NCBI RefSeq assembly: GCF_009914755.1
Contig: NC_060934.1
Direction: 5' to 3' (one strand)
DNA from: the human T2T-CHM13v2.0 reference genome, Homo sapiens
Length of the DNA: 64,000 nt
In this document: positions 56,360 through 64,000 of the stretch, one piece after another
Numbering within the stretch: the first letter of the stretch is position 1
Layout of the letters: each line of letters begins with the position of its first letter
Made by a program: the position numbers and the translations under genes
Notes under the pieces: generated by a model
The model's input: only the letters and a program-made list of their open reading frames with translations
What the model was told of the DNA's origin: nothing
Database searches by the model: none

Positions 56360-58870
56360 TCAAACTTACTTTTCTGGAAAGATGAAATAGGTTTACTTTT
56401 CCCTATTCCTCTCACTAAGCATAGCTAAAATCCCTAAATATTATATTAAAAAAACAAATATAAAAAGACCCCCAAAAATGGAGAGAAGAAGGCAGACTGG
56501 CTAGGCACCTTCAGAACTCAGGAATAACAGGGCAGTGAATTTCTGGGTTTTCTTTTTGCCTCAGATGTCCCAGATGGGAATTGGAGAAGCTGGCAACCCT
56601 GTAATGCCAATGGGCACAAACACAGAAGCCCCAAGAAAAGCCAGCTCCCACGAGCCAAAGACTGGGAAAGGTGCAGCCTAGGAAGACAAGACTTTTAGGT
56701 GATAACCACTCCACAACGGTCAAACAGCACAGAAAAAACTGTGCCCTCACCCCAAGCCCCACCCTCATCAACAGAGGCCGAGTGGAGACCTGGGCTTCCA
56801 CGCTCACTGCTCAGTTATAAGGAGCCCCCACTCCCCAACGAGGGTGGTGTCAGAGGGTCACATGGGGAAGAGAGGGCTTCATGCCCAATGAATGAAAAAG
56901 TCCCCGCCCCCAGGGGTATCAGTGGAGACCCTGTGGGATCCTGCTCTTTCACCTGCTCCTGGCAGTGACAAGGTGCCTCTCACCCTTCCTGCTAGGAAAG
57001 AGTCAGGACGTCCTACACTGCCCAGCCACCACGAGGCTACCCCCACCCCACAGTGTCAGCAAGGGACACATGAAGAGCAGTGATGAGCCTGGGTACTCCC
57101 AGCAGGGTGCTGTCTGCAAGTGCTAAAGGGGAAGCCCACCCAAGCCCGAGGCTGACGTTCCACTTCTGGCAATAATTGACTCAAACAAGTGCTAATTACT
57201 GAGCAGGTTCTAGAGCTATGTCCTAGAACCTAGCCTGCACCCCACCCCACAGTAACACAGAGCCCTTCTCCCATCAGGTGTCAGTGGCGGCCAGAGAGGA
57301 TGTCAGGCTCCACCCCCCTAGCAATTATGAGGAAATGCCCCTTTTCTCTCGACAGAATGATATCTGAGGAGGCCTGTTAAAATTGAAGATGTCAATAAGA
57401 TTCAGAGTTTCATAACATCAAATCCAAAATGTTCAGGTTTCAGTGGAAAATTATTTGTCATAGCAAGAACCAGGACAATCTCTATTTGAATGAAAAAAAA
57501 AATCAACAGATGCCATCACCTCGATGACACAGAGTTAGAGTCATCTGACAGAGGTGTCAAAGTAGCCATAAAACTGCTTCCATGAACAATTGTGAAAACT
57601 TCCTCAACTTCACAAAGAATATCTGCAAAAGCACCTACAGCTATAACCAAACTTCATGGTGAGAAACAAAATACTTTTCTACTAAGATCAGGAACAAAGG
57701 AAGAATATCTACCGTCACCACACCTGTTCAACCTAGTACTAACGTTCTTGTCAGCCTAGTAAGATGAGAGGAAATAAAGGCATACTATTCAGGAAGGAAA
57801 AAATAAGACTAACCCTATTTGCAGAGAACATGACAGTCAACATAGAAAATCTCGAGAGATCTGAAAAATAACTCTCTTTAGAGTATGTGGTGGTGGAATA
57901 CAATAAGATTAACATATGCAAATCAATGATGTCTCCATATGCTCACAATTATACACAGAAAGAAATACTTTAAATACAACACAACTTACGATCACTCATA
58001 AATTATGCAGGTGTAAGTCTAATAGCACAACCTTGAAGAAAAAAATCCAGAAGGATCTTAATAAATGGAGACACATACCAAGTTCATGGAAAAACACAAC
58101 ATGATAAAGATGTCAAATCTCCCCAGATTGATCTATAGGTTTAATGCAATTCCCATCAAAAGCCCAGCAAGACTGTTTTTGTAGATGTACAAAAGATTAT
58201 TTTAAAATTTACATGGAAAGATAAAGGAAAGAGAAATGCGAAAAATCTTTTTTGAAAAGGAAGAATAAAGTAGAAGAAATCACTCTACTCCCTTGAGACT
58301 TAATATATTTACAGAAATCAAGACTGTGTGGGATTGGCAGAAGGACAGACACATCAGTGGAAAAGAAAAGAGAACCCCAAATTAGCCCCACCCAAGTATG
58401 ACCAACTGATTTTTGACAAAGGGGCAAAATATATTCAATAGAGGAAGGATCATTTTTTCAACCAACAGTGCTGGACCAATTAGATATCCAAGGTTAAAAA
58501 ATTACCTTGATTAAATTCATACTTTAAACAAAAAGAGCTCAAAATTGATCATAGATTTCAATATAAAACATAAAACTATGTAAATTTTAGGGGGAAATCT
58601 TGAGATCTTAGAGTTTGGTGCAAACTTCTGAGACATGCTATCAAAAGCACAGTCCACGAAAAAAAAGATTAATAAGTTAGGCAATTAAAATTAAACATTT
58701 TTGTTCGTAAAAGACCCTGTTAAGAGAATGAAAAGACAAACTATAGACTAAGAAAATATTTGCACTCCACATATTTGACAAAGGACTAATATCTAGAGTA
58801 TATAAAGAACTCTTAAAATTCAACAGTAAAAGAAAAAAGCAAGCAATTCATTTAGAAAAATGGGCAGAAG
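56360..58870 (+). mobile_element. Old L1M element: 5' region with degenerate repeat units plus ORF2 remnants
   Basis: Recurrent gtgtcag...cac/cct units at 56780-57330; ORF2 remnants (tttaatgcaattcccatcaaaa; caactgatttttgacaaagg). Confidence 0.75.
57148..57216 (+). repeat. 69-bp dispersed direct repeat, copy 2 (inside the old L1M 5' region)
   Basis: gaggctga(t/c)gttccacttc(g/t)ggcaataattgactcaaacaagtgctaattactgagcaggttctagagc. Confidence 0.93.
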
Positions 58871-60188
58871 TCATTAGGGGAACTCTTGCCCTATCAGGAA
58901 GTATCTCTTGCCTACCTGAGGTTTCAGCCTCTTCCTTGACCTTCTGCTGACTTGCAAGAGACCCTGGTGTATTCGTTTTTTGTTACGTTTGTAGAGATTT
59001 GTTATGCAGCAAAATAAAACAAATGTACCAAGGATTCTTCCTTACTAACATTCACACACCACATAATTCTGAACTATTGTCTTGGCAGGAACTTGGAACA
59101 GGGGAACAGCTGTCAGGAAAAATTTTTACAAAGATCTCAGGGACTCAGACCCAAGGAATAAAGTGATGACTTTGACTTGTAAGATAAAAACGAATTTAAT
59201 TCTCTTTACCCGGGCCTCTGCCATCTTTTCATTATAAATTAAGGGAGAAAAAAAAAGACTCTGCTCTCTTCAATAACTCTGGCTCCTTCAGTGAAGAATG
59301 TTTTAGGCCCTGGAATGTAATTAAAGTGATATTGTATCTCTCTTATTATCATGATTATAATAATACATAGATTTCAGCAGATGCTTGCCAACAGAATTAA
59401 AACTGAGATAGATGGCCGACATTTTGGATGGAATTAGAGTCCACAGGAATATTTTATATGACAGCTTTTTTAAAAGGAAGATGCAGACCTCTAATAAAAT
59501 GCCTAGAAATTTCACCAGATATTTTCAATAGCTAGTCTTAGATCAATATTTTAGCAAAATTTAAAAATACTGATTGGTTGATATTTAAGTAGAAATTTAT
59601 TTAGAATTGTGACAACCATAATCCAAAACCTAGTTTTAAGGTTTTTTTAATCAGGATGGCAAAAATACATCAGCCTTCCTCAGGCATCCCGTGCCTCTAA
59701 GTGTAGACAGCTGAGAAGGACAGTGTTGGCCATGCAGTCTTCTGGAAGGGAATGGATATCCCGAATCAAATCACCAGGGGCTATCAGGCAAACCCCAAGA
59801 TGAGGAATGTTCTGTGGGGAAAAAAGGTGGGGTTTGAAAGCTGTGCGCTTCAAAAATATCTTTATCATGAAAGACAAACAAAGGCTCAGGGGCTGTACCA
59901 GATTAAGGAAGGCTAATGTGACACAGTTGGTCACCCCCGCCATACCTGTCCTAGATTGGTTCCTGGCCTGGACACAAAACCAAGGCTATAGAGGACTTTA
60001 TTGGATCCTTTGAAAATATTAGAATATGATAAATAGATTATATAAAAGTATTTTGTCAACATTAAATTTCCTAAAGTTGATGATTGTACTGTGGTATATA
60101 TATTCTTAAGAAATAAACACTGATGTATTTAAGGGTTAAAAGAAACCCCATGGTATACAAAATTTACCTCAATTGTTTCAGGAAACAA

Positions 60189-60190
<2 letters not shown>

Positions 60191-60222
<32 letters not shown>
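60191..60222. repeat. (TG)n microsatellite within an L1M 3' fragment
   Basis: Seen directly. Confidence 0.9.
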
Positions 60223-60224
<2 letters not shown>

Positions 60225-62441
60225 GAGAGAGAAAGAGAAGGAGGCAATATATTATCAAGCAAATAAGATAAATTATTTAAAATAGGCAGTCATATGAGTG
60301 TTCTTTGTACTATTTTTATTCTTATACTTTTCTTGAAAGTTTGAATTATTTTGAAATAAAAAAATTTTTTAAAAAGTTAAAAAGTCACTTCAGTTTTTTC
60401 AATGTCCTTTCTATTCCTGACTAAGAAGCAGTTTGGCATTAGAGCTAAAAATTCAGCTTTGGGGCATCAAAATGCCTCAGTTTGAATCCCAACTGGGCCA
60501 CTCACCTGCTACTTTAATCTCTCTGTGCCTCAGTTTCCTTGTCTGGAAAAATGGGCATGACTACAATAAGAGTATCTGCCTTGGGGCTGAGAAATGAACA
60601 GGGTCCACGTGGGAGTGCTGAGAGCAGCCTTGGCCCACGGTCGGCTCTCAGGAAGTGAAATTTTATCACACTTTCCAGGAAAGAGTGTTACATGTAAGAG
60701 GAAGTGAATTAAGGGCCAAAATGATTCTAGCAACAACAGTGACAAGCAGTAGATATTTCATCTATCAAGATTAGTCAGCTATAGCAAAAAAAAAAACATT
60801 GTGGCATGATTCAAAGAGAGACAGATGCAAAAAGTGGCACAGAAGATGAAGCCCATTAATGGTTCAGACATATTAAATGGGTACAGAATAGACATAGAAT
60901 ATGTTTGCAATATAGAATCATTGCAAAGCAAAGAAAGGAAAGATCATTACACAGGTGATATTGCAACAACTGATGTCCCATACAGAAAACATTAAAATTA
61001 GATCCTTTCTTTAGGCCGTAAATAAAAATAAATTCCAAATAAATTAAAGACCTAATCATAAAAAATGCAACCACTTTAAAGTAAAAATAACTTTTTAAAA
61101 TGCTTCTTAACACAGAAAAACCAAGCACACAAAAAGGAAAAGACCAATAAATGTGATTACATCACGCTGAAAGACTTCTCACAACAAAGGAAGCCACAAA
61201 GATAAAAGATAAGCAACATACTGAGAGAAGATATTTGGAACACATGAAACATACAAATAATTAATATCCAGAATACTACATAAAAGACCAATAATCAAAT
61301 ACAACTTGGGAGAAAGGTATATAAAATCAGAAATCTACAGAAAAGGAGAATGGGCTGTCTGATAATGCAGAGAAAGTAGTTATTCCTAGTAGTGATTAGG
61401 AACACACAAACTAAAATAAAAACTTTGAGATAAAATTTTATACCTCTCTAATTGTCAAGAATTGAGAAGTTGGGCAGTATCAAGTATTACTGAGTATGTA
61501 AGGAACAGATATGGCCACAACCCCCTGGTGGAGAGCAATTTGGCAATATCCAACAAAAGGAGAATTGACACGACATTTCCCCTGCCAGGGGTGTCTGCTA
61601 GAAAACCAGCTGCAGGTGGGTTCCAGGAGGTGGGGCGAGAGGGCTCATCGAAGCCTCAGCCATCAGGCTGCAAGTTAGAGACAACCTAAATTCTGACAGT
61701 ATGGGAATGGATAAATAATCAGATAAATGGCAGTGTTTCTGTGGAAACTTGTAGAGTAGTTGGGATGAATGCATTTGACCCATATTATCAGAACGGGTAG
61801 ATAATGCAACGTGTTCAGTATGCTATGGCGGATTCCTGCAGTTTTTAACAGCTGCAAAGTAACCCAGGAAGGAAGCACAGCCAACCCTGGGGTGCCTCTC
61901 CCTCTGGGGAGGGAGGAAAACAAGAGGAGGAAGAGAGCCAAACTCCACCTCTTATGTTCTGTTTCTCTGATGGATACATTGATTTAGCTACCTACCTTTA
62001 AATATATATCTAGAAAAAAATTTAACATTTGGTAATTCAGAGTGTTGGCTCCATAAATGTCTGTTCCATTAATCTCAGTGTTTGAAAATATTTAAAGAAT
62101 ATTCAAATACTGTTTCTTTAAAAACTTTCTACCTACTCTGTGTGTGGGAAAGACTGGCCTGGCTTCTCATCCCAGGGTCCCCCGGTCATACTTGGGATCC
62201 TGGATGCCACAGAGGGACTGGACAGAGAGTGCCCCCATAGCCCCCAAGTCCCCTGAGGTACAGTTCTCATACACCCTGGGTGACTGGCCTGGTCACCCAC
62301 CCTCACAGACCCCCATCTGCCAGTAGATTGCACTAAACAGTGCTCTAGGCCCCTTTCTCCAGTCAATAAAGGGGAAGCCCAACGTTTCCTTCATTTGCTT
62401 TCAACAGGCTGTCATATTCGCTTTTTGTTCACAAACATTTA

Positions 62442-63032
<591 letters not shown>

Positions 63033-64000
63033 CTAAACACATGCAAAATATTACTACGGAACTCTAACCTGTAACTATCACTTCATCACTTCTGTTTCAT
63101 CCGTGTCAGCTCATAGAAAGGCATGTCTTTCAACTAAATATATTGGATATTGTTGGAAATACTAAAGCATAATTAACTTAGTCAAATTCCTACTGATAGT
63201 CTCTTGTTTCTGGTTCCCACCGTGGTTTCGGCAGTGTTGAATAATACCCTGTGAAATATTTTGGGAGGGTTTTACCATATTATTTCATCAGGTTATATTC
63301 CTGGAGGTGGAATTTCTGGGTGAAGGGTTATGAACATCTTACATTTCGCTTACATTGACACCCAGATTTTGCCAAATTGCCCTCTGGAGAGAGTGAATAA
63401 ATGAGTCCCCTCATATCCAATAGTGAGTGCTCACCACTTATCACATCCCATGCTAAGTGCTTTAAATGTGGTAACAGATTTCATTTTCCCAATAGTCCTG
63501 TGAGGTGTCCCCAACTTACAGATGAGAAAACTGGGCACAGAGAGGATTAATTCTTTGTCCAAGTTTTCCAGGCTGGTAAACAACAGAACAGGGATGAACA
63601 TTTAAGGAGTCTCGTACTGGATACCCACTCCTAACCACTGTGTACCTCTATCAATAGTATATGAAAGCAGAAACGAGCTGTGATGCCTTGGCCCAGTGAT
63701 TAAAACCTTATCTATAACATGCAGGTAATTGTGGCACCTATTGCACAGAGTTGCTGTGGGAACCAAATGAGCTCATGTAACATCTTCAGCAGAGCACCCA
63801 GCACATCGACACACTAAAAAATGCGAGGAGGTGTTAGATCTTTTATTATTTGTGAGACTGGACATTTTAAAGTTTTATTGTCTGTGATTCTTCAATGAAT
63901 TGCCTGTTTATATAATTTGCACATTTTTCATTGGATTTCTTAAATTTAACTTCCTTTTTTTGTACCAGGACAGACTAGTTTGTTTATCTAGGTAAGTCAA

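Noticed and set aside
56780-57330. Repeat-spacer-like recurring units
   Set aside because: Degenerate and irregularly spaced; typical of an old L1M 5' region, not a CRISPR-like array.

Overview
Primate (almost certainly human) euchromatic DNA that I recognise as the FAM170B/TMEM273 (C10orf128) locus at 10q11.23. It holds the complete two-exon testis gene FAM170B (- strand, 283 aa) and most of TMEM273 (- strand; coding exons 2 to last resolved from splice sites, exon 1 not found and presumably beyond 64000). The annotated lncRNA FAM170B-AS1 probably runs on + to about 28.4 kb. The rest is repeat-rich: a twin-primed (5'-inverted) L1PA3-like element, Alus, MER50, MSTB, MLT and MER39-like LTRs, MER20, MER5A and MER63 DNA transposons, and old L1M, L2 and MIR fragments. 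I found no clearly new multi-gene system. The best leads are: (i) an L2-derived 79-nt cassette exon that switches the reading frame of the last two TMEM273 exons and removes a PDZ-like C-terminus; (ii) an in-frame, optimal-Kozak upstream ATG that would give FAM170B a myristoylation-motif N-terminus; (iii) an Alu with three deletions that each match an RNA hairpin; (iv) two local duplications (about 393 bp and 69 bp) in TMEM273 intron 1; (v) an Alu-tail-derived GAA tract of about 70 units. Gene and repeat names come from recall and visual alignment, not from a database search.
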